From NCBI GenBank assembly GCA_036845725.1, contig DAIUDK010000009.1, positions 394 to 64,393 of the forward strand: DNA of 64,000 bases. Reading direction: 5' to 3'. The notes under the pieces were generated by a model that worked only from the letters and a program-made list of their open reading frames with translations, did no database searches and was not told where the DNA came from. Both the position numbers and the translations under genes were made by a program. This stretch comes from Chloroflexota bacterium (GTDB taxonomy: Bacteria > Chloroflexota > Anaerolineae > B4-G1 > SLSP01). Shown piece by piece: positions 38,649-53,201 of this stretch; positions within the stretch are counted from its first letter, which is position 1; each line of letters begins with the position of its first letter.

Positions 38649-39491
38649 TTACTTACGGCGACCGGCATCACGCCGACGAACAATGTATTTGTCAGTTGAC
38701 TTATTCCGCCGAGTCTTGCGACCCAGAGTCCGCCAACCCCACGGTGACTTCGGGCCAGGCATACCGACTGACGAGCGCCCCTCACCACCGCCATGGGGAT
38801 GGTCACGCGGAGACATCGCCGTACCACGCACCTCGGGCCGCCGTCCCAACCAACGCTTGCGACCGGCCTTACCCAATTTGACATTCGCATGATCCAGGTT
38901 GCCAACTTGTCCCACGGTCGCCATACAGGTGCTTTGCACCCGGCGCATTTCCCCACTTGGCAGACGCAGAGTGACATAGGTGCTCTCTTTTGCCAAGACC
39001 TGAGCTGAAGCTCCCGCTGCACGGACCATCTGACCGCCGCGCCCAGGGTAAAGCTCAATGTTATGTACGGTCGTGCCCAATGGCATGCGCTCTAGCGGCA
39101 TAGCATTACCCGCATAGACTTCAGTTTCCTTTTGCGAACTGATAACCGTACTTCCTACACGCAGACCCAACGGGGCAACAATGTAGCGTTTCTCACCATC
39201 GGCGTAAACCAACAAAGCGATACGCGCCGAACGGTTGGGGTCATACTCAATCGAATCTACCCGCGCCGGAATGTCGAACTTATTGCGCCGGAAGTCAACC
39301 AGTCGATACTGACGCGCATGACCGCCACCGCGATGACGCACCGTGACGCGCCCATAAGCATTCCGACCGGCCTTCCTGGTCAGTGGACGCAGCAAGCTCT
39401 TTTCGGGCTGCGTCCGCGTGATTTCCTCAAACGTCAGCCCGGTCATTCCACGGCGACTGGGGGTAGTGGGCTCATAATTCTTGATTGCCAT
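38649..39491 (-). CDS. rplB: 50S ribosomal protein L2
   Basis: [18 protein letters not shown]...; the longer 39521 start in the track is rejected. Confidence 0.9.
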   Translation of the reverse strand: MAIKNYEPTTPSRRGMTGLTFEEITRTQPEKSLLRPLTRKAGRNAYGRVTVRHRGGGHARQYRLVDFRRNKFDIPARVDSIEYDPNRSARIALLVYADGEKRYIVAPLGLRVGSTVISSQKETEVYAGNAMPLERMPLGTTVHNIELYPGRGGQMVRAAGASAQVLAKESTYVTLRLPSGEMRRVQSTCMATVGQVGNLDHANVKLGKAGRKRWLGRRPEVRGTAMSPRDHPHGGGEGRSSVGMPGPKSPWGWRTLGRKTRRNKSTDKYIVRRRDAGRRK

Positions 39492-39492
39492 C

Positions 39493-39780
39493 CTAAGCCT
39501 CCAATGCCTCGATCGATTCACCCGGCGCTAAAGTCACCACGGCCTTCTTCCACGGCGCGCGACGCGTGACCGTGCGGCGTCCACGGGTGTGATTGATTTT
39601 GGCAGGCATATTCATAACATTTACAGACTGCACGTTGACGTTGTAAATCTCCTCGACGGCACGCGAAATCTGCACTTTATTCGCTTTACGATTGACCATG
39701 AAGACGTACTGTCCCACTTCACGCTGGGCATAGGCTTTTTCCGTCTCTAAAGGTCGGACAATGACTTCATAAATATCCAT
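39493..39780 (-). CDS. rplW: 50S ribosomal protein L23
   Basis: [17 protein letters not shown]... Confidence 0.9.
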   Translation of the reverse strand: MDIYEVIVRPLETEKAYAQREVGQYVFMVNRKANKVQISRAVEEIYNVNVQSVNVMNMPAKINHTRGRRTVTRRAPWKKAVVTLAPGESIEALEA

Positions 39781-39802
39781 TCTTCAACTCCTCTCGCCGT
39801 GT

Positions 39803-40435
39803 CTAGGAGGCCGGCCCCAGAATAGACTCGACCACCTCAAGCGCTCCCAATGGCATGACGAGATAGTCGGCGCTCATCAGGTCCTTGATATTCAGATAGT
39901 GCGCGCGCAGGGTCCGCGCCGCAGACAGATTGCGAACCGAGAGTTCAACCGATGCATTGCGCTCCGGAAGCAGAATCAAGGTCTTGCCATCCACGGCGGA
40001 CAGGTTATGCAACACCCGCACTATCTCTTTTGTCTTTGGTGCGTCCATCGCTAACTGATCCACCACGACGATCTGCTGCGCAGCAGCCTTGACTGAAAGC
40101 GCCGAGCGCAACGCCGCGCGCCGCATCTTCACCGGCATCTTCTTTTCGTAGCTGCGCGGGCGCGGCCCGTGAGCAACACCACCGCCCACAAAGGTCGGGG
40201 CGTTGCGGCTGCCATGACGGGCGCGACCGGTACCCTTCTGGCGATACCACTTGGACTTCGAACGATTGTTTTCGCTGCGGGTCTTCGTTTTGTGTGTGCC
40301 GAGGCGCGCGTTCGCCAACTGGCGTACCAACGCCTGGTGCATCAACGGAACGTTCACCGCAGCCTCAAAAATTTCCGGGCGCAGTTCAATCTCGTCGACT
40401 TTCTCGCCCTGCATATTCATCACTGGAATAAGCAT
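39803..40435 (-). CDS. rplD: 50S ribosomal protein L4
   Basis: L4 family motifs; KGTGRARHGS. Confidence 0.9.
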   Translation of the reverse strand: MLIPVMNMQGEKVDEIELRPEIFEAAVNVPLMHQALVRQLANARLGTHKTKTRSENNRSKSKWYRQKGTGRARHGSRNAPTFVGGGVAHGPRPRSYEKKMPVKMRRAALRSALSVKAAAQQIVVVDQLAMDAPKTKEIVRVLHNLSAVDGKTLILLPERNASVELSVRNLSAARTLRAHYLNIKDLMSADYLVMPLGALEVVESILGPAS

Positions 40436-40437
40436 TG

Positions 40438-41091
40438 CTACTTACCTCCCTTAGCAACTTTTTGCTTACGGGCGACTTTGATCAAGACCAAACTACCGTT
40501 TGGCCCAGGGACACTGCCCCGCACAGCCAGCAGGTTCCGCTCTGTATCAACCAGCACAACTTCCAGATTGGAAACCGTTGTCTTCTTGCCACCCATGCGA
40601 CCGGGCATTTTCTTGCCTTTCCACACCCTACCGGGCGTGGCACACGCGCCGATTGCACCCGGCGCACGCTCGCGATCCGATTGACCGTGGGTATGCGGAC
40701 CACCGGCAAAGTTGTGGCGCTTGACCACACCGGCAAACCCGCGCCCCTTGGACTTCGCCTCAACATCGACGCACTCACCCGGCTCGAAAATATCAACCAA
40801 CACCTGCTGCCCTAACTCGAACGTTTCATCCTCACGGGTGCGTAGTTCGCGTAAATAGCGCAGATCAGACACGCCAGATTGCTGCAAATGCCCGCGTTGC
40901 CCTTTACTCAAGCGTCGTGGCTTAGTCGGTTCGAACCCTAGTTGTACTGCGCGATAGCCATCGCGCTCAAGGGTGCGAATACCGGTGACGAAGCACGGAC
41001 CAGCCTCCACCACCGTTACCGGCGCTACAATACCATCATCTTGAATGATCTGGGTCATCCCCACTTTTTTACCTAGAATCCCTTTCACCAT
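40438..41091 (-). CDS. rplC: 50S ribosomal protein L3
   Basis: MVKGILGKKVGMTQI... Confidence 0.9.
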   Translation of the reverse strand: MVKGILGKKVGMTQIIQDDGIVAPVTVVEAGPCFVTGIRTLERDGYRAVQLGFEPTKPRRLSKGQRGHLQQSGVSDLRYLRELRTREDETFELGQQVLVDIFEPGECVDVEAKSKGRGFAGVVKRHNFAGGPHTHGQSDRERAPGAIGACATPGRVWKGKKMPGRMGGKKTTVSNLEVVLVDTERNLLAVRGSVPGPNGSLVLIKVARKQKVAKGGK

Positions 41092-41220
41092 ATCCTCCTT
41101 GGGACTGCCAGCACTAGGTCTGCCGCATCATCCCATGCTACCGCCACACTAGCCCCCTGGTCCTTATAACCCTGTAGTTCAGGAAACGACCAGGGGGCAG
41201 CAGCGGTGCAAATTCAATGC

Positions 41221-41529
41221 TTAAAGTTTGATCTCGATATCGACGCCGGCCGGCATATTCAAGCGCATCAGCGTATCGATAGTCTTCGAATCCGGTTCCT
41301 GGATATCGATCAATCGCTTATGGGTGCGAATCTCGAAGTGCTCATGACTGTCCTTGTCGATGTAAGTCGAACGTCGTACCGCAAATCGCTCGATCTTGGT
41401 CGGCAGAGGGACTGGGCCAACGACCCGCGCCCCCGTCCGTTCAGCCGCTTCGACGATACGCCGCGCGGACTCATCCAGGATACGATGATCATATCCCTTC
41501 AACCGAATACGAATACGTTGTTTAGCCAT
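41221..41529 (-). CDS. rpsJ: 30S ribosomal protein S10
   Basis: [29 protein letters not shown]... Confidence 0.9.
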   Translation of the reverse strand: MAKQRIRIRLKGYDHRILDESARRIVEAAERTGARVVGPVPLPTKIERFAVRRSTYIDKDSHEHFEIRTHKRLIDIQEPDSKTIDTLMRLNMPAGVDIEIKL

Positions 41530-41555
41530 AAACCACCTTGTATAGCGGGATGTAA

Positions 41556-42776
41556 TTAACTCAGAACCTTGGTAATGATGCCCGCGCCAACGGTCAACCC
41601 ACCTTCACGAATAGCGAAGCGCTGACCAGACTCAATCGCCACCGGCGAGATCAGTTCCACCGTCATGTTAGTGCGATCGCCAGGCATCACCATCTCGACG
41701 CCCTCCGGCAATTCAACGCTGCCGGTGATATCCATCGTGCTGATGAAGAACTGCGGCTTGTAGCCGGAGAAGAAGGGCTTGTGACGCCCACCTTCATCAC
41801 GGCGCAGGATGTAAACCTCGGCCTCGAAGTTGCGCTGCGCGCGAATGGTATTCGGAGCAGCCACAACGACGCCGCGCCCCACCTCGTCCTTGTTGACGCC
41901 GCGCAGCAACAGCCCCGCATTGTCGCCCGCCCGTACCACATCAAGCGTCTTGTGGAACATTTCCATTGACGTCACCACGGTCTTGCGGGGCTTCTCGTAC
42001 ATATCACCCACCAGCTCGACCTCGGTGTTGGGGCGCATCGTCCCGCGCTCCACACGACCGGTCACAACCGTACCACGGCCCTTGATGGAGAAAACGTCCT
42101 CAATGGACATCAAGAAGGGCTTGTCCTCGTCGCGTGCCGGCGTGGGGATGTACTCATCGACCACGCGCATCAGCTCCCAGATGGACTCATAAGCCGGATC
42201 GCTGGGATCATCGCTCTTGCAGTTCAGAGCCGCCAATGCAGAACCACGTACGATGGGGGTTTCGTCGCCAGGATAACCGTAACCGCTCAACACCTCACGG
42301 ATCTCCAGATCGACCAACTCCAACAGTTCGGGATCATCCATCAGGTCAACCTTATTCAAGAAGACCACAATCGCGGGAACCTCAACCTGGTGAGCCAGGA
42401 GGATGTGCTCGCGCGTCTGGGGCATCGGACCATCCACCGCTGACACCACGAGGATCGCGCCATCCATCTGCGCCGCACCCGTGATCATGTTCTTGATATA
42501 GTCGCGGTGACCGGGGCAGTCCACGTGCGCATAGTGGCGATTTTCAGTTTCGTACTCTACGTGAGAGATAGCGACGGTCAAGATTTTGGTAGCGTCACGG
42601 CGGAACATTTTGGCATCCGCCTTGGCAACCTCATCATAGGCCTTGTTCTGAGCCCACCCCTTGGTCGACAAGGTGCGGGTGATCGCCGCGGTCAGCGTGG
42701 TCTTACCATGGTCGATGTGACCAATTGTGCCAACGTTCACATGTGGCTTTGTGCGCTCAAATTTCTCTTTAGCCAT
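41556..42776 (-). CDS. tuf: Elongation factor Tu
   Basis: [15 protein letters not shown]; DCPGHRDY; NKVD. Confidence 0.95.
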   Translation of the reverse strand: MAKEKFERTKPHVNVGTIGHIDHGKTTLTAAITRTLSTKGWAQNKAYDEVAKADAKMFRRDATKILTVAISHVEYETENRHYAHVDCPGHRDYIKNMITGAAQMDGAILVVSAVDGPMPQTREHILLAHQVEVPAIVVFLNKVDLMDDPELLELVDLEIREVLSGYGYPGDETPIVRGSALAALNCKSDDPSDPAYESIWELMRVVDEYIPTPARDEDKPFLMSIEDVFSIKGRGTVVTGRVERGTMRPNTEVELVGDMYEKPRKTVVTSMEMFHKTLDVVRAGDNAGLLLRGVNKDEVGRGVVVAAPNTIRAQRNFEAEVYILRRDEGGRHKPFFSGYKPQFFISTMDITGSVELPEGVEMVMPGDRTNMTVELISPVAIESGQRFAIREGGLTVGAGIITKVLS

Positions 42777-42902
42777 TGCTTGCCTCTCCTTATTTCTTAC
42801 TAAATTAATCTTTTTAAATGACTCGAATTATGGACCAACCACGATAGCGACACTGCTAGCAGTGTGCACGGCTTGCAGTTTACTTGCTATACTGCGCTGG
42901 TT

Positions 42903-44981
42903 CTACGCGCCATATAAAATGGCACCCATTTGCCGGGAGTCCACCGGTGCATAGTGATGGAACTCCATTGTGAATGTTCCCCGACCTTGTGTCATACTCC
43001 GCAAGTCGGTTGCATAACCAAACATTTTTGCTAAAGGGCTGTAGGCCCGAATGGCCTGCCCGCCACCAGGACGCGCTTCCATCATCTGGACGCTGGCGTC
43101 GCGGGCGCTCAAATCGCCCAACACCTCGCCGACGAATTCTTCCGGTAGAACAACTTCGACATCCATCACCGGCTCAAGCAAGGCTGGAGCCGCCGCCTCA
43201 ACGGCCTGCCGGAAGGCCTGCGCCCCCGCCGCTTTAAAGGCGATTTCCGTCGAGAACTCAGGATGCGCCTCCGCCCCCACCAGCCGGACGATCACGCCCA
43301 CCACCGGATACCCCGCCAGGAAACCGCTGTCCAACAACTCTAGCGCCCCAGCTCTGACCGCCTCAACAAACACCGGCGACAGGTCATGCGGACGCAGGAT
43401 ATTCTCAAATCGCGATTCCCCACCCATATCAGCGGGGCTAACTTCCAAAACAACCCGCGCGTATTGGGGTTTTCCGGCCAGCATCCGGTCGAAAACTACC
43501 TCAACCTGGCTGGTACGGGTAACCGTTTCTTTATACGAAACCCGGAGCTTGCCCACATTGGCCCGCACATTGAACTCGCGCAGCATCCGATCCACAAGGA
43601 TATCCAGATGCAGCTCCCCCATCCCAGAGATGACGGTCTGCCCCGTCCCCTCATCCAGGCGCACCCGGAAGGTGGGGTCCTCCTCGGCGAGTCGCTGCAA
43701 CGCTTCATTCAGCCGATCCTGATCGGCGACCGTGCGTGGCTCCACCGCCACCGAGATCACCGGTTCAGGGAAACGGATAGTTTCCAGGATGATCGGGGCG
43801 TGCATCGCGGACAACGTATCACCGGTAAAGGTACCTTTTAAACCGAGCGTCGCGCCGATGTCACCCGCGCTCAACTCGTCCACCTCTTCCCGGCGGTCGG
43901 CAAACATCCGCAGCAGCTTCGGGACTCGTTCGCGTATACTCTTACTGGGGTTCAGGTAAACATTGCCTCGACTCATCCTCCCGGAATATATCCGGAAGTA
44001 GGCCAAACGCCCCACGTAAGGATCCGTAGCTATTTTAAAGATCAGAGCTGCCAGCGGCGCTTCAGGATCCGCCGGACGCTCTTCGATCGCACCCCTCTTG
44101 GGATTCTCACCGCGCACCGCCGGAACATCCAGCGGCGAAGGCAAGAAATCCACAATAGCGTCGATCAACAACTGCACGCCTTTGTTGCGCAGTGAAGAAC
44201 CACACAGAACGGGATGCAAGTCACCGCGCAGCGTCGCCCGACGCAGCGCAGCGCGTAAATCCGCCTCTGTGATCTCCTCACCCTCCAGATATTGCACCGT
44301 CAGGTCGTCATCAGTCTCCACGATGGTTTCGATCATCGCTTCACGTGCGGCCTGCGCCTCGGTTTCAACTTCTGCGGGAACCGGAATTTCCTGTGCAACC
44401 GCCCCTAACTCATCGGCCCAAATGATGGCCCGCCACGCGAGCAAGTCCACCACCCCACGGAAACACGATTCGGTCCCCATCGGCCACTGGATGGGCAGAG
44501 GGTGTGCCTTCAAGCGCTCGCGCATCGTTTCTACAGCGTGCGCGAAATTGGCACCAAGTTTATCCATTTTGTTAATGAAGGCCAGGAGCGGCACACCGAA
44601 CAACCGCGCCTGACGCCATACTGTTTCGGACTGCGGTTCCACACCCGCCGTCCCGTCAAAAACAACGACCCCGCCATCCAGCACCCGCAGACTACGCTGC
44701 ACCTCGGCAGTGAAGTCGATGTGACCAGGGGTATCCACAATATTGATCTGGTAATCGTGCCAATAACAGGTGACGGCGGCCGACGTAATTGTGATCCCGC
44801 GTTCCCGTTCCTGGATCATCCAGTCGGTGATGGTCGTACCCTCATCGACGTTGCCCAACCGATGCGTCTTTCCTGTATAGTACAGGATTCGCTCGGTCGT
44901 CGTCGTCTTACCGGCATCGATATGTGCAATGATGCCGATGTTACGAATATGTTCTAGTGAATGTTCTGCGGCCATCGCCAA
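42903..44981 (-). CDS. fusA: Elongation factor G
   Basis: RNIGIIAHIDAGKTTTTERIL...DTPGHIDF... Confidence 0.95.
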   Translation of the reverse strand: MAMAAEHSLEHIRNIGIIAHIDAGKTTTTERILYYTGKTHRLGNVDEGTTITDWMIQERERGITITSAAVTCYWHDYQINIVDTPGHIDFTAEVQRSLRVLDGGVVVFDGTAGVEPQSETVWRQARLFGVPLLAFINKMDKLGANFAHAVETMRERLKAHPLPIQWPMGTESCFRGVVDLLAWRAIIWADELGAVAQEIPVPAEVETEAQAAREAMIETIVETDDDLTVQYLEGEEITEADLRAALRRATLRGDLHPVLCGSSLRNKGVQLLIDAIVDFLPSPLDVPAVRGENPKRGAIEERPADPEAPLAALIFKIATDPYVGRLAYFRIYSGRMSRGNVYLNPSKSIRERVPKLLRMFADRREEVDELSAGDIGATLGLKGTFTGDTLSAMHAPIILETIRFPEPVISVAVEPRTVADQDRLNEALQRLAEEDPTFRVRLDEGTGQTVISGMGELHLDILVDRMLREFNVRANVGKLRVSYKETVTRTSQVEVVFDRMLAGKPQYARVVLEVSPADMGGESRFENILRPHDLSPVFVEAVRAGALELLDSGFLAGYPVVGVIVRLVGAEAHPEFSTEIAFKAAGAQAFRQAVEAAAPALLEPVMDVEVVLPEEFVGEVLGDLSARDASVQMMEARPGGGQAIRAYSPLAKMFGYATDLRSMTQGRGTFTMEFHHYAPVDSRQMGAILYGA

Positions 44982-45049
44982 CCACTTTGTTTTTAGACCA
45001 GCGACAGCCCATCCGTGTCTATGCGCCCGTCTGGCAAACTAAACGCTGC

Positions 45050-45520
45050 TTACCACCGGAGGCTTGCAAAAGCGCGGTTGGCCTCCGCCATACGCAGTAC
45101 GTCCTCACGCTTTTTAACAGCAGCGCCCGCGCCACTGGCGGCATCCATCAACTCGGCCGACAATTTCTCGACCATTCCATGGCCCGACCGTTTGCGCGCG
45201 GCTTCCAAAATCCAACGAATTGCCAAAGAAAGCTGGCGGTGGGACGGCACTTCAACCGGAATCTGATAGGTGGCCCCACCCACGCGGCGCGGCTTAATCT
45301 CGATGGCCGGCGCAACATTACGCAACGCGGCATCGAAAACTTCAATCGCAGGCTTGTTGGTGCGCGCCTCAACGCGGTCCAACGCCTCATACATAACACT
45401 CTGCGCGACACTTTTCTTACCTGCGTACATCATCCGATTGATGAAGCGCTGCAACGGCACGCTGTTGTAACGAATGTCGGAGGGGACTTCAGGTTTAGGC
45501 GGACTATTTCGTCTCGGCAT
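45050..45520 (-). CDS. rpsG: 30S ribosomal protein S7
   Basis: [31 protein letters not shown]... Confidence 0.9.
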   Translation of the reverse strand: MPRRNSPPKPEVPSDIRYNSVPLQRFINRMMYAGKKSVAQSVMYEALDRVEARTNKPAIEVFDAALRNVAPAIEIKPRRVGGATYQIPVEVPSHRQLSLAIRWILEAARKRSGHGMVEKLSAELMDAASGAGAAVKKREDVLRMAEANRAFASLRW

Positions 45521-45540
45521 GGTTTACTCCGTTTCCTTTA

Positions 45541-45990
45541 CTACTTCTTCTTCGCGGCGCCCTTAGCGTCTTTCGCGTCTTTCTTGGTTCCGTACTTGGA
45601 ACGCTGCTGGTTGCGCCCATCAACACCCGTGGCATCCAAGGCTCCCCGGACGATGTGATAGCGCACACCGGGGAGGTCCTTTATACGGCCACCACGCACG
45701 AGCACTACCGAGTGTTCCTGCAAGTTGTGCCCTTCGCCAGGAATGTAGGCCGTGACTTCGACACGGTTGGATAACCGGACACGCGCGATCTTACGCAGTG
45801 CGGAGTTCGGTTTCTTCGGCGTCGTCGTACGCACGACAGTGCAGACACCACGCTTCTGCGGATTGCCACCCTGAGGTTGCGTCCGGCGTCCACCCTTCTT
45901 TGTATTCACGTTTAACAGTAGCGCGGGCGCTTGCGCTTTGCGCGCCTGCAGTTTGCGTCCCTTGCGCAGCAACTGATTGATTGTAGGCAC
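45541..45990 (-). CDS. rpsL: 30S ribosomal protein S12 with ~14-aa N-terminal-region insertion and basic C-terminal tail
   Basis: [13 protein letters not shown]...[24 protein letters not shown]...[32 protein letters not shown]. Confidence 0.9.
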   Translation of the reverse strand: MPTINQLLRKGRKLQARKAQAPALLLNVNTKKGGRRTQPQGGNPQKRGVCTVVRTTTPKKPNSALRKIARVRLSNRVEVTAYIPGEGHNLQEHSVVLVRGGRIKDLPGVRYHIVRGALDATGVDGRNQQRSKYGTKKDAKDAKGAAKKK

Positions 45991-46066
45991 TTTTTCCTCC
46001 TCAACTTAACCCATAAGCTGGTATCAGACCCACTTATGTTCAAAAACCTTTATATTTCCAGTGAAG

Positions 46067-46095
46067 AAGGCCATCTTTAGCTGCGATGGCCTCCT
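46067..46095 (-). terminator. Hairpin (attenuator/terminator) in the rpoB-rpsL spacer
   Basis: gaaggccatc...gatggcctcc with a 9-nt loop; U-rich downstream on the minus strand. Confidence 0.35.
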
Positions 46096-46231
46096 CATTG
46101 TTGCCGTAGTACCTGGGGTCGTCAAACCCCTTTCACTTGTCGATGGCAGGAGTTCTTGCTGCCGTCAGCGAATGAGAATTCTACCACAAAGAAAAAAAAC
46201 GTCAACCCGTTCCCTGACGGAAACGCGCAAC

Positions 46232-50173
<3,942 letters not shown>

Positions 50174-50273
50174 TAACGATGGCTGCGCCCGCCTGACGGC
50201 GGGTTGCTGCTGTCACCATCACCGCTCGCGCAATGATGAACAACCATACTATAATAAAGACATGCGAACGGAT

Positions 50274-50302
50274 ATTATACCATGACTATCTTATCCGTCA
50301 AA
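50274..50302 (-). promoter_or_regulatory. rpoB promoter TTGACG-16-TGGTATAAT (minus strand, extended -10)
   Basis: Reverse complement of 50296-50301 is TTGACG and of 50274-50282 is TGGTATAAT; gives a ~95-nt leader to the rpoB start. Confidence 0.5.
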
Positions 50303-50328
50303 ACGCAAAAAAGTTAAAATTGATGCTT

Positions 50329-51012
50329 TCACGTGCCCGCAAACACGGGCGCGCCAGCGTTGGCATCCGCCGATGCGAGTGCCTCCGAGGCGGCATAAAC
50401 ACCACGATGGGACGGTGGCAGCAGTGCAGCCAATCGTCCCATGATCAGGTCGGTCGTGGCATCTAACTCATCCGCCGCCAACTTGCCATATTTGGGCAGG
50501 TAAAACGCCTCGCCAAATCTGACACAGATGCGCATCCGCCGCAAGCGCGAGAAGTCCTTTAGCATAGTATTGGTGCCGGTAATACCAACCGGAACGATCG
50601 GAACACCGGTACGCGCCGCCAGAAAGGTGACACCTGACTTGGCTTTCTGCAGTGTTCCGCTGGGCGAACGCGTGCCTTCCGGCGCGATACCGAGCACGTC
50701 GCCCCGCTTGAGCACGTCAATCGATTTCAGCAGGGCCTCGCGATCGAACTCGGTGCGGTTGATCCAGATGGCCTCGCTGATATTCAACAGCCAATTGAAG
50801 ACCGGAAAGTTCTTGTATTTGTCAGCAGCCAGTGGATAGATACGGCGCTGTGCAGACACTAACAACGCCGGCGTGTCAAGACGGCTGATATGATTGGTAA
50901 CGAGCAAGCAGCCGCCTTCTGCAGGGATATGTTCCGCCCCTGTGATCTCCATGCGCGTCAGCAAACGAAAGAGCACGTCAATCACTTGACGTACTTTCCA
51001 ATAGCCTTCCAT
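50329..51012 (-). CDS. plsC: 1-acyl-sn-glycerol-3-phosphate acyltransferase
   Basis: HxxxxD motif LLVTNHISRLDTPAL; PEGTRS motif. Confidence 0.75.
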   Translation of the reverse strand: MEGYWKVRQVIDVLFRLLTRMEITGAEHIPAEGGCLLVTNHISRLDTPALLVSAQRRIYPLAADKYKNFPVFNWLLNISEAIWINRTEFDREALLKSIDVLKRGDVLGIAPEGTRSPSGTLQKAKSGVTFLAARTGVPIVPVGITGTNTMLKDFSRLRRMRICVRFGEAFYLPKYGKLAADELDATTDLIMGRLAALLPPSHRGVYAASEALASADANAGAPVFAGT

Positions 51013-51075
51013 ACACCCTCCTCAACGCAAGTCCAGTAATCGTTAGTCGGATAGTTGTCAATCATCAACCGAGGG

Positions 51076-52095
51076 TTAGCGCACGCCCCAAGCCAGGATT
51101 TGGAAAGAATCGGGCGGCTCCAGTCCTTGCGGCGTCAATAGGACTTTGAATTCCCGACTCTGTCCCGCAGGCAAAACTATCTCTTCACCCAAAACGGTTT
51201 GCCGGTAGCCGATGACGTTGCCTTCTCCGTCGTAAAGCGTTACCACAACGGCGATACGACTCACAGAAACTCCGCTGTTATTGACCAGCAGCCCAGTGAC
51301 CCGATACTGCGGGCCGGAGACTGCGCCCGCAGGCTGTACGACATCCAGCGGCGTGAAGCTCGCTGTGATCGCACTCACTGCTTCGCCGCGCAACAGGCTC
51401 ACCTGCGCGTCAGCATAGCCGGCAGGCGGGTCCTCGAACAACACGGCGAAAGGCGCACGTTCTTCGGGCGCAAGATAATCGGCGGCAGCCAAGGCCACGC
51501 TCGACTGCAACGGTATGCCATCGGCAGTAACTAACGTCACCTGCACCTGGATATTCGTGATAGGGTCGCCGGTTGTATTGGCGACCTCGCCCATACACCA
51601 GACGCCCCCCACAGGTGTCTGGTACAGCGTTGCACCGATGATCTCCAAAGGCAGTGGCGTTGGCGTCTCCAGGATCATATGTCCCACCGGCGCGACCATG
51701 CCCAGTGTATTAGACTCTTCCTCCATCCCTACCGGGATGACCAAAGTCTGCCCGATGCTCAGGTATTGGTTCACGTCCAAGCCGTTAGCCTGCACAAGCG
51801 CATCTACGCCCACGCTGTATTCTAACGCGATGCCGAAGAGCGTGTCCCCCTGCGCCACAACATGCACCACAGGTGTAGGCGATGGCGTAGGCGTCAACGT
51901 TGCTGTAGGTGGGATAGGCGTTAAGAAGCCGCTCGGTGACAACGCCGCGGTTGCCCGTGGCGTAGGCGTGGTAGTGGGCAGGGGCGTCGCAGTGGGTGGG
52001 GGCGTAACCACAGCCTGACAGGCGGTCAAAAAAAGTACCAGGAGCAACACGATTCTGGTGCTCCAATGCACAGACAATGCGCAAACCTTTCTCAC
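51076..52095 (-). CDS. LysM-domain lipoprotein with Pro/Thr-rich linker
   Basis: Lipobox LVLFLTAC; PTATPLPTTTPTP linker; LysM VVHVVAQGDTLFGIALEYSVGVDALVQANGL. Confidence 0.6.
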   Translation of the reverse strand: MRKVCALSVHWSTRIVLLLVLFLTACQAVVTPPPTATPLPTTTPTPRATAALSPSGFLTPIPPTATLTPTPSPTPVVHVVAQGDTLFGIALEYSVGVDALVQANGLDVNQYLSIGQTLVIPVGMEEESNTLGMVAPVGHMILETPTPLPLEIIGATLYQTPVGGVWCMGEVANTTGDPITNIQVQVTLVTADGIPLQSSVALAAADYLAPEERAPFAVLFEDPPAGYADAQVSLLRGEAVSAITASFTPLDVVQPAGAVSGPQYRVTGLLVNNSGVSVSRIAVVVTLYDGEGNVIGYRQTVLGEEIVLPAGQSREFKVLLTPQGLEPPDSFQILAWGVR

Positions 52096-52126
52096 AAAGG
52101 AAAATTATACCACATTTCTGCGCGCA

Positions 52127-53176
52127 TCACGCCATCTCGACCGGGCTGGCCTCGGCAATGCGTTCCTCCTGGCGCACGCTCTCGCGGGAAGGCTGGGAAT
52201 GCGCCCCTCGGGATTTGCCGAGCACATACACGCCGCCCAGGATCAACCACGGCAGCCCCACCGCTATGAGCAGGTAGCTCGACGGCAGGAGGCGTGCCAC
52301 ACCCGAAAACCGGTCCAGGTTAAAGAGGATCAGCGCCACGGATGTCCAGACCGTGAGGAAGTTGGGGATCGCGTCGCTGGCGTGGATCAAGCCCGGGCCG
52401 GGAATGCGCTTGTGCGTGAACGGCCAGAAAAGGTTGCTGCCCATGTGCCCCATCTGGTCTTCGAACACATGCCCGGCGAAACCCAGAGCCGTCACCAGAC
52501 CGCCCCACCCTGCCGTAGTCCAGTTGCCGGTGAGCAGGCCCACGAGCAGCCCCATCACCGCACCGACCGCCACGGCGAGGAGCAGGCTGTGCGTCCAGCG
52601 GTGATGCCAATCGAGGAAATGCACGCGCACATGGTCCTCTCCGCGTTCTGACGCGCCTTCCCGCGCAAAACGGAACGTCGGCCCGGAGAAGATGTTGACC
52701 TTGTACTCTTCGCTGTAGGTGTTGCGCACGGGCACGCCGACTTTGCGGCGGACTTCCACCGCGCCCGCAGGCTCACTCCCGGCGAGGGGCACCTGTCCGG
52801 TGTTGACCAACGGCCCGATGCGCACAGCGATCTCGTCGCTATCGGGGATGAAGCGAATCGTATACTCGCGCCAGAGGTCAGCTCCCGCACGGATGGTATG
52901 AGCAACCAGGTTACAGTCTTTGCCAGTCTCGTAGGCCCCGCGCATCGCTGCAACGAGGGTGTCAGCGATCTTTTCTGCATCGGGTTCAAGGCCAGGGTCG
53001 ATCTCCACATCGAATTTTTCCCAATACCTGGCGAATTTAAAGTCAATCGTATCAGGCAGAATGCCGCCGACGCCACCGAGCATCGGCAGCAGCGACCCCG
53101 CGCCGCCCGCACGCACGACTTCCGGGAAGAAGGTGGCGATGGCAACACCGGTGATGAAATGCGAAATACCTTTCAT
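52127..53176 (-). CDS. Membrane protein, possible membrane-bound metal-dependent hydrolase (DUF457/YdjM-like)
   Basis: N- and C-terminal TM helices flank a soluble domain; His-rich FLDWHHRWTH and HVFEDQMGHMGSNLFWPFTHKRIP. Confidence 0.35.
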   Translation of the reverse strand: MKGISHFITGVAIATFFPEVVRAGGAGSLLPMLGGVGGILPDTIDFKFARYWEKFDVEIDPGLEPDAEKIADTLVAAMRGAYETGKDCNLVAHTIRAGADLWREYTIRFIPDSDEIAVRIGPLVNTGQVPLAGSEPAGAVEVRRKVGVPVRNTYSEEYKVNIFSGPTFRFAREGASERGEDHVRVHFLDWHHRWTHSLLLAVAVGAVMGLLVGLLTGNWTTAGWGGLVTALGFAGHVFEDQMGHMGSNLFWPFTHKRIPGPGLIHASDAIPNFLTVWTSVALILFNLDRFSGVARLLPSSYLLIAVGLPWLILGGVYVLGKSRGAHSQPSRESVRQEERIAEASPVEMA

Positions 53177-53201
53177 AGTGCCTCTCTACTGTTTTCGATT
53201 A

